Source: Antedon mediterranea
Lineage: Eukaryota; Animalia; Echinodermata
NCBI RefSeq assembly: GCF_964355755.1
Contig: NC_092671.1
Span: 22,275,317 to 22,339,316, forward strand
Reading direction: 5' to 3'
DNA length: 64,000 bases
Shown: piece after piece, positions 1-13,001 of the stretch
How positions within the stretch are numbered: the first letter of the stretch is position 1
How the letters are laid out: each line of letters begins with the position of its first letter
The notes under the pieces: generated by a model
What the model saw: the letters and a program-made list of their open reading frames with translations, nothing else
What the model was told of the DNA's origin: nothing
The model's database searches: none
Position numbers and translations under genes: made by a program

Positions 1-3000
1 GGCCTGACATTTACAACCCTCAACATATCTCACTTTCAAAAACAATATTTATTTACAATTTAAAAAAAAAGAAAAAAAATATCCCTATAGGTTCGACCCA
101 CTACTCAGAGCACTCAAACCTGAGCATTACCCGTTACGCCACAAACCAGTAGATGACTGAAGAGCTGATAATAGTCTATTTATATGAAATGAATGATCAA
201 TCAATGAAAAATAATGCCATGCAACTTTGTTTCTGATTTTAAAAAAGACCCATTTGTTTAGGCCTGACATTCACAACCCTAAGAAATATCTCATTTTCAA
301 AAAAAATATTTATTTTCAATAAGAAAAAAAAAAGCAATATCCCTAGAGGTTCGAACCCACTACTGCGAGAACTCAAACCTGAGCATTACCCGTTACGCCT
401 CAAACCAGTAGATGACTGAAGAGCTGATAATACTCTATTTATATGAAATTAATAATAAATCAATGAAAAATAATGCCATGCAACTTTGTTTCTGATTTTA
501 AAAAAGGTTCACTTGTTTAGGCCTGACATTTACAACCCTCAAAATATCTCACTTTCAAAAACTATATTTATTTAAAAAAAAAAAAAAAAAAACAAAATAT
601 CCGTAGAGGATCGAACCCACTAGTGAGAGCACTCAAACTTGAGCATTACCCGCTACGCCACAAACCAGTAGATGACTGAAGAGCTGATAATACTCTATTT
701 ATATGAAATTAATAATAAATCAATGAAAAATAATGCCATGCAACTTTGTTTCTGATTTTAAAAAAGGTTCACTTGTTTAGGCCTGACATTTACAACCCTC
801 AAAATATCTCACTTTCAAAAACAATATTTATTTTAAATAAAAAAAAAAAGGAAACAAAATATCCGTAGAGGTTCGAACCCACTAGTGAGAGCACTCAAAC
901 TTGAGCATTACCCGTTACGTCACAAACCAGTAGATGACTGAAGAGCTGACAATACTCTATTTATATGGAATAAATAATAAATCAATGAAAAATAATGCCA
1001 TGCAACTTTGTTTCTGATTTTAAAAAAGGTTCACTTGTTTAGGCCTGACATTTACAACCCTCAAAATATCTCACTTTCAAAAACAATATTTATTTAAAAT
1101 AAAAAAAAATAAAAAAATATCCGTAGAGGTTCGAACCCACTAGTGAGAGCACTCAAACTTGAGCATTACCCGTTACGCCACAAACCAGTAGATAAATGAA
1201 GAGCTGATAATAGTCTATTTATATGAAATGAATGATCAATCAATGAAAAATAATGCCATGCAACTTTGTTTCTGATTTTAAAAAAGGTCCACTTGTTTAG
1301 GCCTGACATTTACAACCCTCAAAATATCTCACTTTCAAAAACAATATTTTTTTCAATAAAAAAAAAAGAAAAAAAATATTCGTAGAGGTTCGAACCCACT
1401 ACTGCGAGAACTCAAACCTGAGCATTACCCGTTACGCCTCAAACCAGTAGATGACTGAAGAGCTGATAATACTCTATTTATATGAAATTAATAATAAATC
1501 AATGAAAAATAATGCCATGCAACTTTGTTTCTGATTTTAAAAAAGGTTCACTTGTTTAGGCCTGACATTTACAACCCTCAAAATATCTCACTTTCAAAAA
1601 CAATATTTAATTTAAATAAAAAAAAAAAAAAAAAAAATATCCGTAGAGGTTCGAACCCACTAGTGAGAGCACTCAAACTTGAGCATTACCCGTTACGCCA
1701 CAAACCAGTATTTGACTGAAGAGCTGACAATACTCTATTTATATGAAATAAATAATAAATCAATGAAAAATAATGCCATGCAACTTTTTTTCTGATTTTA
1801 AAAAAGGTCCACTTGTTTAGGCCTGACATTTACAACCCTCAAAATATCTCACTTTCAAAAAACAATACTTATTTTCAATAAAAAAAAAAAAAAAAAAAAT
1901 ATTCGTAGAGGTTCGAACCCACTACTGCGAGAACTCAAACCTGAGCATTACCCGTTACGCCTCAAACCAGTAGATGACTGAAGAGCTGATAATACTCTAT
2001 TTATATGAAATTAATAATAAATCAATGAAAAATAATGCAATGCAACTTTGTTTCTGATTTTAAAAAAGGTTCATTTGTTTAGGCCTGTCATTTACAACCC
2101 TCAAAATATCTCACCTTCAAAAAAATATTTATTTTCAATAAAAAAAAAAAGAAAAGAAATATCCCTAGAGGTTCGAACCCACTACTGCGAGCACTCAAAC
2201 TTGAGCATTACCCGTTACGCCTCAAACCAGTAGATGACTGAAGAGCTGATAATACTCTATTTATATGAAATGAATAATAAATCAATGAAAAATAATGCCA
2301 TGCAACTTTGTTTCTGATTTTAAAAAAGGTTCACTTGTTTAGGCCTGACATTTACAACCCTCAAAATATCTCACCTTCAAAAACAATATTTATTTTCAAA
2401 TAAAAAAAAAAGAAAAAAAATATCCCTAGAAGTTCGAACCCACTATTGAAATCACTCAAACCTGAGCATTAACCGTTCACCGCAAACCATTTTATGACTG
2501 AAGAGCTGATAATAGTCTATTTATATGAAATGGATGATCAATCAATGAAAAATAATGCCATGCAACTTTGTTTCTGATTTTAAAAAAGGTTCACTTGTTT
2601 AGGCCTGACAGTTGCAACCCTCAAAATATCTCACTTTCAAAAACAATATTTATTTTCAATTAAAAAAAAAAGAAAAAAAAAATACCCGTATAGGTTCGAA
2701 CCCACTACTGAAAGCACTTAAACCTGAGCATTATCCGTTACGCCACCAACCAGTAGATGACTGCGGAGCTGATAATAGTCCATTTATATGAAATGAATGA
2801 TCAATCAATGAAAAATAATGCCATGCAACTTTGTTTCTGATTTTAAAAAAGGTCCACTTGTTTAGGCCTGACATTTACAACCCTCAAAATATCTCACTTT
2901 CAAAAACAATATTTTTTTCAATAAAAAAAAAAAGAAAAAAAATATTCGTAGAGGTTCGAACCCACTACTGCGAGAACTCAAACCTGAGCATTACCCGTTA

Positions 3001-6000
3001 CGCCTCAAACCAGTAGATGACTGAAGAGCTGATAATACTCTATTTATATGAAATTAATAATAAATCAATGAAAAATAATGCCATGCAACTTTGTTTCTGA
3101 TTTTAAAAAAGGTTCACTTGTTTAGGCCTGACATTTACAACCCTCAAAATATCTCACTTTCAAAAACAATATTTAATTTAAATAAAAAAAAAAAGAAACA
3201 AAATATCCGTAGAGGTTCGAACCCACTACTGAGAGCACTCAAACTTGAGCATTACCCGTTACGCCACAAACCAGTAGATGACTGAAGAGCTGACAATACT
3301 CTATTTATATGAAATAAATAATAAATCAATGAAAAATAATGCCATGCAACTTTGTTTCTGATTTTAAAAAAGGTCCACTTGTTTAGGCCTGACATTTACA
3401 ACCCTCAAAATATCTCACTTTCAAAAAACAATACTTATTTTCAATAAAAAAAAAAAAAAAAAAAATATTCGTAGAGGTTCGAACCCACTACTGCGAGAAC
3501 TCAAACCTGAGCATTACCCGTTACGCCTCAAACCAGTAGATGACTGAAGAGCTGATAATACTCTATTTATATGAAATTAATAATAAATCAATGAAAAATA
3601 ATGCAATGCAACTTTGTTTCTGATTTTAAAAAAGGTTCATTTGTTTAGGCCTGTCATTTACAACCCTCAAAATATCTCACCTTCAAAAAAATATTTATTT
3701 TCAATAAAAAAAAAAAGAAAAGAAATATCCCTAGAGGTTCGAACCCACTACTGCGAACACTCAAACTTGAGCATTACCCGTTACGCCTCAAACCAGTAGA
3801 TGACTGAAGAGCTGATATTACTCTATTTATATGAAATGAATAATAAATCAATGAAAAATAATGCCTTGCAACTTTGTTTCTGATTTTAAAAAAGGTTCAC
3901 TTGTTTAGGCCTGACATTTACAACCCTCAAAATATCTCACCTTCAAAAACACTATTTATTTTCAAATAAAAAAAAAGAAAAAAAATATCCCTAGAAGTTC
4001 GAACCCACTATTGAAATCAGTCAAACCTGAGCATTAACCGTTCGCCGCAAACCATTTTATGACTGAATAGCTGATAATAGTCTATTTATATGAAATGGAT
4101 GATCAATCAATGAAAAATAATGCCATGCAACTTTGTTTCTGATTTTAAAAAACGTTCACTTGTTTAGGCCTGACAGTTGCAACCCTCAAAATTTCTCACT
4201 TTGAAAAACAATATTTATTTTCAATTAAAAAAAAAAGAAAAAAAAAATACCCGTATAGGTTCGAACCCACTACTGAAAGCACTTAAACCTGAGCATTATC
4301 CGTTACGCCACAAACCAGTAGATGACTGCGGAGCTGATAATAGTCCATTTATATGAAATGAATGATCAATCAATGAAAAATAATGCCATGCAACTTTGTT
4401 TCTGATTTTAAAAAAGGTCCACTTGTTTAGGCCTGACATTTACAACCCTCAAAATATCTCGCTTTCAAAAACAATATTTATTTTCAATTAAAAAAAAAGA
4501 AAAAAAATATTCGTAGAGGTTCGAACCCACTACTGCGAGAACTCAAACCTGAGCACTACCGGTTACGCCACAAACCAGTAGATGACTGAAGAGCTGATAA
4601 CAGTCTATTTATATGAAATAAATGATCCATCAATGTAAAATGGTGTTATGCAACATTGTTTCTGATTTTTAAAAAAGGTCCACTTGTTTAGGCCTGACAT
4701 TTACAACCCTCAAAATATCTCACTTTCAAAAACCATATTTATTTTCAATTTAAAAAAAAAAGAAAAAAAGTATCCCTAGAGGTTCGACCCACTACTCAGA
4801 GCACTCAAACCTGAGCATTACTCGTTACGCCACAAACCAGTAGATGACTGAAGAGCTGGTAATAGTCTATTTATATGAAATGAATTATCAATCAATGAAA
4901 AATAATGCCATGCAACTTTGTTTCTGATTTTTAAAAAGATCCATTTGTTTAGGCCTGACATTTACAACCCTAAAAAATATCTCATTTTCAAAAAAAATAT
5001 TTATTTTCAATAAGAAAAAAAAAAGCAATATCCCTAGAGGTTGGAACCCGCTACTGAGAGCACTCAAATCTGGGTATTACCCTTTACGCCACAAACCAGT
5101 AGATAACTGAAGAGCTGATAATAGTCTATTTATATGGAATTAATGATCAATCAATGAAAAATAATGCCATGCAACTTTGTTTCTGATTTTAAAAAAGGTC
5201 CACTTGTTTAGGCCTGACATTTACAACCCTCAAAATATCTCACTTTCAAAAACAATATTTTTTTCAATAAAAAAAAAAAAAAAAAAAAAAAATATTCGTG
5301 GAGGTTCGAACCCACTACTGCGAGAACTCAAACCTGAGCCTTACCCGTTACGCCTCAAACCAGTAGATGACTGAAGAGCTGAAAATACTCTATTTATATG
5401 AAATTAATAATAAATCAATGAAAAATAATGCCATGCAACTTTGTTTCTGATTTTAAAAAAGGTTCACTTGTTTAGGCCTGACATTTACAACCCTCAAAAT
5501 ATCTCACTTTCAAAAACAATATTTATTTTAAATAAAAAAAAAAGAAACAAAATATCCGTAGAGGATCGAACCCACTAGTGAGAGCACTCAAACTTGAGCA
5601 TTACCCGTTACGCCACAAACCAGTAGATGACTGAAGAGCTGATAATACTCTATTTATATGAAATAAATAATGAATCAATGAAAAATAATGCCATGCAACT
5701 TTGTTTCTGATTTTAAAAAAGGTCCACTTGTTTAGGCCTGACATTTACAACCCTCAAAATATCTCACTTTCAAAAACAATATTTATTTTCAATAAAAAAA
5801 AAAAAAAAAAAAATATTCGTAGAGGTTCGAACCCACTACTGCGAGAACTCAAACCTGAGCATTACCCGTTACGCCTCAAACCAGTAGATGACTGAAGAGC
5901 TGATAATACTCTATTTATATGAAATTAATAATAAATCAATGAAAAATAATGCAATGCAACTTTGTTTCTGATTTTAAAAAAGGTTCATTTGTTTAGGCCT

Positions 6001-9000
6001 GTCATTTACAACCCTCAAAATATCTCACCTTCAAAAAAAATATTTATTTTCAATAAAAAAAAAAAAGAAAAGAAATATCCCTAGAGGTTCAAACCCACTA
6101 CTGCGAGCAATCAAACTTGAGCATTACCCGTTACGCCTCAAACCAGTAGATGACTGAAGAGCTGATAATACTCTATTTATATGAAATGAATAATACATCA
6201 ATGAAAAATAATGCCATGCAACTTTGTTTCTGATTTTAAAAAAGGTTCACTTGTTTAGGCCTGACATTTACAACCCTCAAATATCTCACCTTCAAAAAAA
6301 ATATTTATTTTCAAATAAAAAAAAAAAAAAAAAATATCCCTAGAAGTTCGAACCTACTATTGAAATCACTCAAACCTGAGCATTAACCGTTCGCCGCAAA
6401 CCATTTTATGACTGAAGAGCTGATAATAGTCTATTAATATGAAATGGATGATCAATCAATGAAAAATAATGTCATGCAACTTTGTTTCTGATTTTAAAAA
6501 AGGTTCACTTGTTTAGGCCTGACAGTTGCAACCCTCAAAATATCTCACTTTCAAAAACATTATTTATTTTTAATTAAAAAAAAAAGAAAAAAAAATACCC
6601 TTATAGGTTCGAACCCACTACTGAGAGCACTCAAACCTGAGCATTACACGTTACGCCACAAACCAGTAGATGACTGAGGAGCTGATAATAGTCTATATAT
6701 ATGAAATGAATGATCAATCAATGAAAAATAATGCCATGCAACTTTGTTTCTGATTGAAAAAAATGTTCACTTGTTTAGGCCTGACATTTACAACCCTCAA
6801 AATATCTCACTTTCAAAAACAATATTTATTTTCAAATAAAAAAAAAAAAAAAAATATCCCTAGAAGTTCGAACCCACTATTGAAATCACTCAAAACTGAG
6901 CATTACCCGTTACTCCGCAAACCAGTATATAACTGAAGAGCTGATAATAGTCTATTTATATGAAATGGATGATCAACCAATGAAAAATAATGCCATGCAA
7001 CTTTGTTTCTGATTTTAAAAAAGGTCCACTTGTTTAGGCCTGACATTTACAACCCTCAAAATATCTCACTTTCAAAAACAATATTTATTTTCAATTTAAA
7101 AAAAAAAATCCCTAGAGGTTCGAACCCACTACTGAAAGCACTCAAACCTGAGCATTATCCGTTACGCCACAAACCAGTAGATGACTGCGGAGCTGATAAT
7201 AGTCCATTTATATGAAATGAATGATCAATCAATGAAAAATAATGCCATGCAACTTTGTTTCTGATTTTAAAAAAGGTCCACTTGTTTAGGCCTGACATTT
7301 ACAACCCTCAAAATATCTCGCTTTCAAAAACAATATTTATTTTCAATTAAAAAAAAAAGAAAAAAAATATTCGTAGAGGTTCGAACCCACTACTGCGAGA
7401 ACTTAAACCTGAGCACTACCGGTTACGCCACAAACCAGTAGATGACTGAAGAGCTGATAACAGTCTATTTATATGAAATGAATGATCCATCAATGTAAAA
7501 TGATGTTATGCAACTTTGTTTCTGATTTTTAAAAAAGGTTCACTTGGTTAGGCTTGACATTTAAAACCCTCAAAATATCTCACTTTCAAAAACCATATTT
7601 ATTTTCAATTTAAAAAAAAAGAAAAAAAATATCCCTTGAGGTTCGACCCACTACTCAGAGCACTCAAACCTGAGCATTACCCGCTACGCCACAAACCAGT
7701 AGATGACTGAAGAGCTGATAATAGTCTATTTATATGAAGTGAATTATCAATCAATGAAAAATAATGCCATGCAACTTTGTTTCTGATTTTAAAAAAGGTC
7801 CACTTGTTTAGGCCTGACATTTACAACCCTCAAAATATCTCACTTTCAAAAACCATATTTATTTTCAATTTTAAAAAAAAAGAAAAAAAATTATCCCTAG
7901 AGGTTCGACCCACTACTCAGAGCACTCAAACCTGAGCATTACTCGTTACGCCACAAACCAGTAGATGACTGAAGAGCTGGTAATAGTCTATTTATATGAA
8001 ATGAATTATCAATCAATGAAAAATAATGCCATGCAACTTTGTTTCTGATTTTAAGAAAGATCCATTTGTTTAGGCCTGATATTTACAACCCTAAAAAATA
8101 TCTCATTTTCAAAAAAAATATTTATTTTCAATAAGAAAAAAAAATGCAATATCCATAGAGGTTGGAACCCGCTACTGAGAGCACTCAAACCTGGGTATTA
8201 CCCGTTACGCCACAAACCAGTAGATAACTGAAGAGCTGATAATAGTCTATTTATATGAAATTCATGATCAATCAATGAAAAATAATGCCATGCAACTTTG
8301 TTTCTGATTTTAAAAAAGGTCCACTTGTTTAGGCCTGACATTTACAACCCTCAAAATATCTCACTTTCAAAAACAATATTTTTTTCAATAAAAAAAAAAA
8401 AAGAAAAAAAATATCCCTAGAAGTTCGAACCTACTATTGAAATCACTCAAACCTGAGCATTAACCGTTCGCCGCAAACCATTTTATGACTGAAGAGCTGA
8501 TAATAGTCTATTAATATGAAATGGATGATCAATCAATGAAAAATAATGCCATGCAACTTTGTTTCTGATTTTAAAAAAGGTTCACTTGTTTAGGCCTGAC
8601 AGTTGCAACCCTCAAAATATCTCACTTTCAAAAACAATATTTATTTTCAATTAAAAAAAAAAGAAAAAAAAATACCCGTATAGGTTCGAACCCACTACTG
8701 AGAGCACTCAAACCTGAGCATTACAAGTTACGCCACAAACCAGTAGATGACTGAGGAGCTGATAATAGTCTATATATATGAAATGAATGATCAATCAATG
8801 AAAAATAATGCCATGCAACTTTGTTTCTGATTGAAAAAAATGTTCACTTGTTTAGGCCTGACATTTACAACCCTCAAAATATCTCACTTTCAAAAACAAT
8901 ATTTATTTTCAAATAAAAAAAATAAAAAAAAAATATCCCTAGAAGTTCGAACCCACTATTGAAATCACTCAAAACTGAGCATTACCCGTTACTCCGCAAA

Positions 9001-9428
9001 CCAGTATATAACTGAAGAGCTGATAATAGTCTATTTATATGAAATGGATGATCAACCAATGAAAAATAATGCCATGCAACTTTGTTTCTGATTTTAAAAA
9101 AGGTCCACTTGTTTAGGCCTGACATTTACAACCCTCAAAATATCTCACTTTCAAAAACAATATTTATTTCAATAAAAAAAAAATAAATAAAAAAATATTC
9201 GTAGAGGTTCGAACCCACTACTGCGAGAACTCAAACCTGAGCATTACCCGTTACGCCTCAAACCAGTAGATGACTGAAGAGCTGATAATACTCTATTTAT
9301 ATGAAATTAATAATAAATCAATGAAAAATAATGCCATGCAACTTTGTTTCTGATTTTAAAAAAGGTTCACTTGTTTAGGCCTGACAGTTGCAACCCTCAA
9401 AATATCTCACTTTCAAAAACAATATTTA
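1..9428. repeat. Satellite array 1, left part: ~261-bp tRNA-like monomer with variable A-tract
   Basis: The unit ...GCCATGCAACTTTGTTTCTGATTTTAAAAAAGG..CACTTGTTTAGGCCTGAC...(A)n..GGTTCGAACCC...GAGCATTACCCGTTACGCC... recurs every ~260-263 bp. Paralogous ORF starts at 1525 and 2048 are 523 bp apart (2 units). Confidence 0.97.
1101..1223 (-). ncRNA. Representative tRNA-like Pol III unit, present in nearly every array-1 monomer (putative; not a canonical tRNA)
   Basis: Minus strand: TATAAATA (1223-1216), A-box TGGCGTAACGG (1180-1170), D-arm-like GCGT/ATGC stem, B-box GGTTCGAACC (1137-1128) at tRNA-like spacing, then a long T run. No convincing acceptor or anticodon stem. Confidence 0.5.
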
Positions 9429-9450
9429 TGGTAGCACGGGACTAGGCACG

Positions 9451-12400
9451 ATGGGTCTTTATACTCTATCATTACTTTCATTAATTGCTGTATCTGGGTT
9501 CATATATTATGGATCCTACCGATACAAGAAGTATGATTATGATATTGTTTATGGATTGGCGAACAATGACCGTTTTAATGGACTAAATTGGACATACGAC
9601 AGTGATTTTATCGGTAAGCCTATATCAATTTCATTATCGCTCTCCTACATCGAGTTGTCGCAGGCGACAGCAAGGCCGGATACATATAATGCTCTACACG
9701 ATCTGAAGCGTATAAATATGTATAGCGGGACTTTCAAACGCAAATTTTTCAATGCGCCCATCCGATACTATCATAACTCTCAAAGTACATTTAACATGTC
9801 AGAATTATGTATGTGTGGAGATATTGAATTAAACCCTGGTCCACAAAATGGCAGACATTACGGAAATAGTAATCATCAACCCGGAACGAATACCATTGTT
9901 TGCAACAACAACAATCAAGCTCAAGTACTTCGAAGGAATACCCAGCTTGATTTGAATGCAGGTGGCAGCCGGAGATCCCCAACGTTTGATTTTATAAATC
10001 AATGCAAGGGATTACGAATTGCGCACATCAATATAAACAGTTTAACGGACAAAATCGATCAACTCCGACTGTTATTGCATCGTACTCAACTACATATTTT
10101 GGCAATTTCGGAGACTAAACTCTCGGATATAATTCACGATAATGAAGTATCACTACCTGGGTATACTCTCCTTCGCCGTGATAGGAATAGACATGGAGGA
10201 GGGGTGGCAATGTTTATTGCCAGCTCATTGTCTTTTACCCAGTTAATCGTGGATCCTAAACATGCTAGTATCGAATCCCTTCTTGTAGAAATTCATGTGG
10301 CTTCAGTCGTAATACGGGCATCAGTTGTCTACAGACCCCCAAACTCGCCTGCGATATATTTTACTCATCTTGAGAGTTTCCTGGAAGACTATTGTGATTC
10401 CAAGGATTTCATCATGCTAGGCGATCTTAATGTGGACATGCTGAAACCACACAGGAATAGAAACAGTCTCATGCATATCATGGACTTATTCAATCTGACA
10501 CAGATTATCCTGAATGCAACGCGTACGACCAGAGACTCTCAAACGTTAATTGATGTTATACTCACAACCAACAAGGAATTACACGACAACAATACAACGT
10601 TGTCTTCAGACATAAGTGATCATGACTTTATTTTTACATCAATACGTATCAAACCTCCCAAGAATGTACATGATCAGCGGACCTTCAGGGACTTCCGAAA
10701 TTTCAACGAGGATAACTTCATTAATGACCTGAAAAAACTACCTTGGAACATAATTCCTCAACTTGATGACGTGAACGTCTGTTTAAAAGTTCTTCACAAT
10801 TTCCTTGGTGGAGTTATTAATGTCCATGCTCCAGAAAAAACGAAACGTTTTAAAAAAAGTTTGCCCTTGTGGTTAAAAGGTCGTGATGACATATTGATTC
10901 TGATGCACGAACGTGATAGATTAAAGTCAAAGGCAAAACCAAACGGTCAAGCTGAACTATGGTTACAAATTAAAAAATTAAGAAATCAGATTAATAAAAT
11001 GTGTAGAAAGTCAAAAGTTAATTATTATAGGAACTTTTTAATTGAATCTGCGAATGACACCAGCAAGATGTGGAAAGGAATGAAACATTTGATCTCATCA
11101 AAGTCTAACTGGTTGCCATCTTCTGTTAGGATCAATGGTCATGCTTCTTGTAATGAAAATGAAATTAGTAATGCATATAATGATTATTTTGTAAATATAG
11201 CTACTCATCTTGACAATGCACTTGCAGCTAATAATGTTGATCCATGTTCTTATTTACCTTTATTTGATTCTCAATTTGATTTTCAGAGGGTATCTTGTGA
11301 GTCTGTCCTGGAGCAGCTTAGTCGATTGGACTGTGGAACGTCGCTTGGAGTAAATTGTTACCCTATCAAATTGCTCAAGTTGGCAGCCCCTGTTATTGCG
11401 CCTTCTGTGACATTTATCTGTAATCTTTCACTTTCATCTGGTATTTTTCCAAATGACCTAAAAATCGCCAAAGTTGTTCCCATATATAAAAGTGGGGCCA
11501 AGGACGAACTCAACAATTATCGACCTATATCCGTTTTACCAATCCTCTCTAAAATCATTGAACGCGCTGCTCATATCCAACTCTATGACTATCTTACAGC
11601 ACAGAACATTCTCTCAGATAACCAATCAGGCTTTAGGAAACACTTCTCTACCACTACAGCACTTACTAACACATGTGACAACTGGCTCGATGCTATGAAT
11701 GGGGGTCGCCTCACCGGGTCAGTTTTCATAGATTTAAGAAAAGCTTTTGACACGGTCAACCACAAGATCATGCTTAGAAAATTGACTCGGTGTGGTGTAT
11801 CCTCATCTGGCATCGAGTGGTTCACATCATGTCTAACTAACCGCACTCAAACAGTTAAATTCAAAAACACTTATTCTAATTTTCTCACCATAACACACGG
11901 TATACCTCAGGGGTCCATTCTTGCACTCTTGTTATTCACAATTTACATCAATGACCTTGCCACTGTTCCAGAACATGGCACTCTTGATCTTTATGCTGAT
12001 GATTCCACCCTCTATTATTCGCACTCTAACATACATATAATTAACAGAAACATCAAATCTGACCTCTCACTAATTAACACATGGCTCACCTCTAACCGAT
12101 TATCATTACACACTGACAAAACTGAGGCGATGTTAATTGGCGTCCCTCAGCGGCTTAAACACAAAACAATAGACGTATCGATTGCTGCACAACCGATCAA
12201 AGTTGTAACTAACCACAAACACTTAGGTGTACACATTGACAATCAACTTAACTGGCATACCCATGTCAGTAAGTTGAGCTCTACACTTTCTTTCAAAATC
12301 CACACACTTGCACGAATTAGAAAATATCTTGACAAACGTACAGCACATTTATTTTACAACACATTAATTTTACCACACATTGACTACGGTGCTCTTCTCT

Positions 12401-12813
12401 GGGGCACCGGAAGTAAAACAAACATTAATAAGATTCAAAAACTTCAAAATCGCGCTATGCGTGTTGTTCTTCAAGCTCCGCCTCGCACCAGCACTCACAT
12501 TCTTCTAACATCTCTACACATCATGAATGTGTCACAGAGGGTGCAGTACCAGGTAGGCTGCCTAGCTTTTAAAGCCATGAACAATATTGCCCCTCGATAC
12601 ATCACCCAACGATTTTCCACTGTTCCGATACACTCTATGAGGACTAGGGCTGCTTCCAGGGGAGACTTACTGGTACCCAAAGTTAAATTGGAATGTTTCC
12701 GGCGCTCTTTTATTTATTCTGCTTGTATTTTATATATATTACCTTCTGTTTTGAAAGAATGTACCAATATTAACTCGTTTAAATTTAATTTTAAAAAACA
12801 CATTTTATCGTAA
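9451..12813 (+). CDS. LINE ORF2-type polyprotein, 1120 aa: hydrophobic leader, 2A-like motif, AP endonuclease, reverse transcriptase
   Basis: APE motifs HININSL, AISETKL, RHGGGVA, VYRPPN, MLGDLNVD, LIDVI, SDHD. RT motifs NYRPISVLP, DLRKAFDTV, GIPQGS, YADD, KHLGV. The first ATG inside the element is at 9451; the track start 9388 lies in satellite sequence. Confidence 0.93.
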   Translation: MGLYTLSLLSLIAVSGFIYYGSYRYKKYDYDIVYGLANNDRFNGLNWTYDSDFIGKPISISLSLSYIELSQATARPDTYNALHDLKRINMYSGTFKRKFFNAPIRYYHNSQSTFNMSELCMCGDIELNPGPQNGRHYGNSNHQPGTNTIVCNNNNQAQVLRRNTQLDLNAGGSRRSPTFDFINQCKGLRIAHININSLTDKIDQLRLLLHRTQLHILAISETKLSDIIHDNEVSLPGYTLLRRDRNRHGGGVAMFIASSLSFTQLIVDPKHASIESLLVEIHVASVVIRASVVYRPPNSPAIYFTHLESFLEDYCDSKDFIMLGDLNVDMLKPHRNRNSLMHIMDLFNLTQIILNATRTTRDSQTLIDVILTTNKELHDNNTTLSSDISDHDFIFTSIRIKPPKNVHDQRTFRDFRNFNEDNFINDLKKLPWNIIPQLDDVNVCLKVLHNFLGGVINVHAPEKTKRFKKSLPLWLKGRDDILILMHERDRLKSKAKPNGQAELWLQIKKLRNQINKMCRKSKVNYYRNFLIESANDTSKMWKGMKHLISSKSNWLPSSVRINGHASCNENEISNAYNDYFVNIATHLDNALAANNVDPCSYLPLFDSQFDFQRVSCESVLEQLSRLDCGTSLGVNCYPIKLLKLAAPVIAPSVTFICNLSLSSGIFPNDLKIAKVVPIYKSGAKDELNNYRPISVLPILSKIIERAAHIQLYDYLTAQNILSDNQSGFRKHFSTTTALTNTCDNWLDAMNGGRLTGSVFIDLRKAFDTVNHKIMLRKLTRCGVSSSGIEWFTSCLTNRTQTVKFKNTYSNFLTITHGIPQGSILALLLFTIYINDLATVPEHGTLDLYADDSTLYYSHSNIHIINRNIKSDLSLINTWLTSNRLSLHTDKTEAMLIGVPQRLKHKTIDVSIAAQPIKVVTNHKHLGVHIDNQLNWHTHVSKLSSTLSFKIHTLARIRKYLDKRTAHLFYNTLILPHIDYGALLWGTGSKTNINKIQKLQNRAMRVVLQAPPRTSTHILLTSLHIMNVSQRVQYQVGCLAFKAMNNIAPRYITQRFSTVPIHSMRTRAASRGDLLVPKVKLECFRRSFIYSACILYILPSVLKECTNINSFKFNFKKHILS
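9820..9843 (+). other. 2A-like (StopGo) ribosomal-skipping motif DIELNPG|P
   Basis: In-frame ELCMCGDIELNPGP matches the D(V/I)ExNPGP consensus and lies upstream of the APE domain. Confidence 0.85.
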
Positions 12814-12937
12814 TTGTTTAATTGAATTTTTTTTTTTTTTTTTGGATAATTATTTTTTTATATAATAGTTTTAAATTTAAATGTATATAGTAGATTCGTA
12901 TTAGTTAAGTATAGTTTTATATATTTTGTCATTTTCA

Positions 12938-13001
12938 AGAGGGCCCCTGAATATCAGCTGGCCTGCGGGTTCAGCTGGAAGGGTTACCCTCTATAAATAA
13001 A
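12938..13001 (+). other. LINE 3'-terminal stem-loop and poly(A) signal
   Basis: AGAGGG (12938) pairs with CCCTCT (12987-12992), enclosing an inner CAGCTG...CAGCTG stem. AATAAA at 12996. Confidence 0.7.

Noticed and set aside
9388-9450. N-terminal 21 aa of the 1141-aa ORF in the track
   Set aside because: Mostly satellite sequence upstream of the insertion point, with a TTG start. The ATG at 9451 is preferred.
9791-12680. Short antisense or alternate-frame ORFs inside the LINE
   Set aside because: Shadow ORFs of the RT gene with no motifs.
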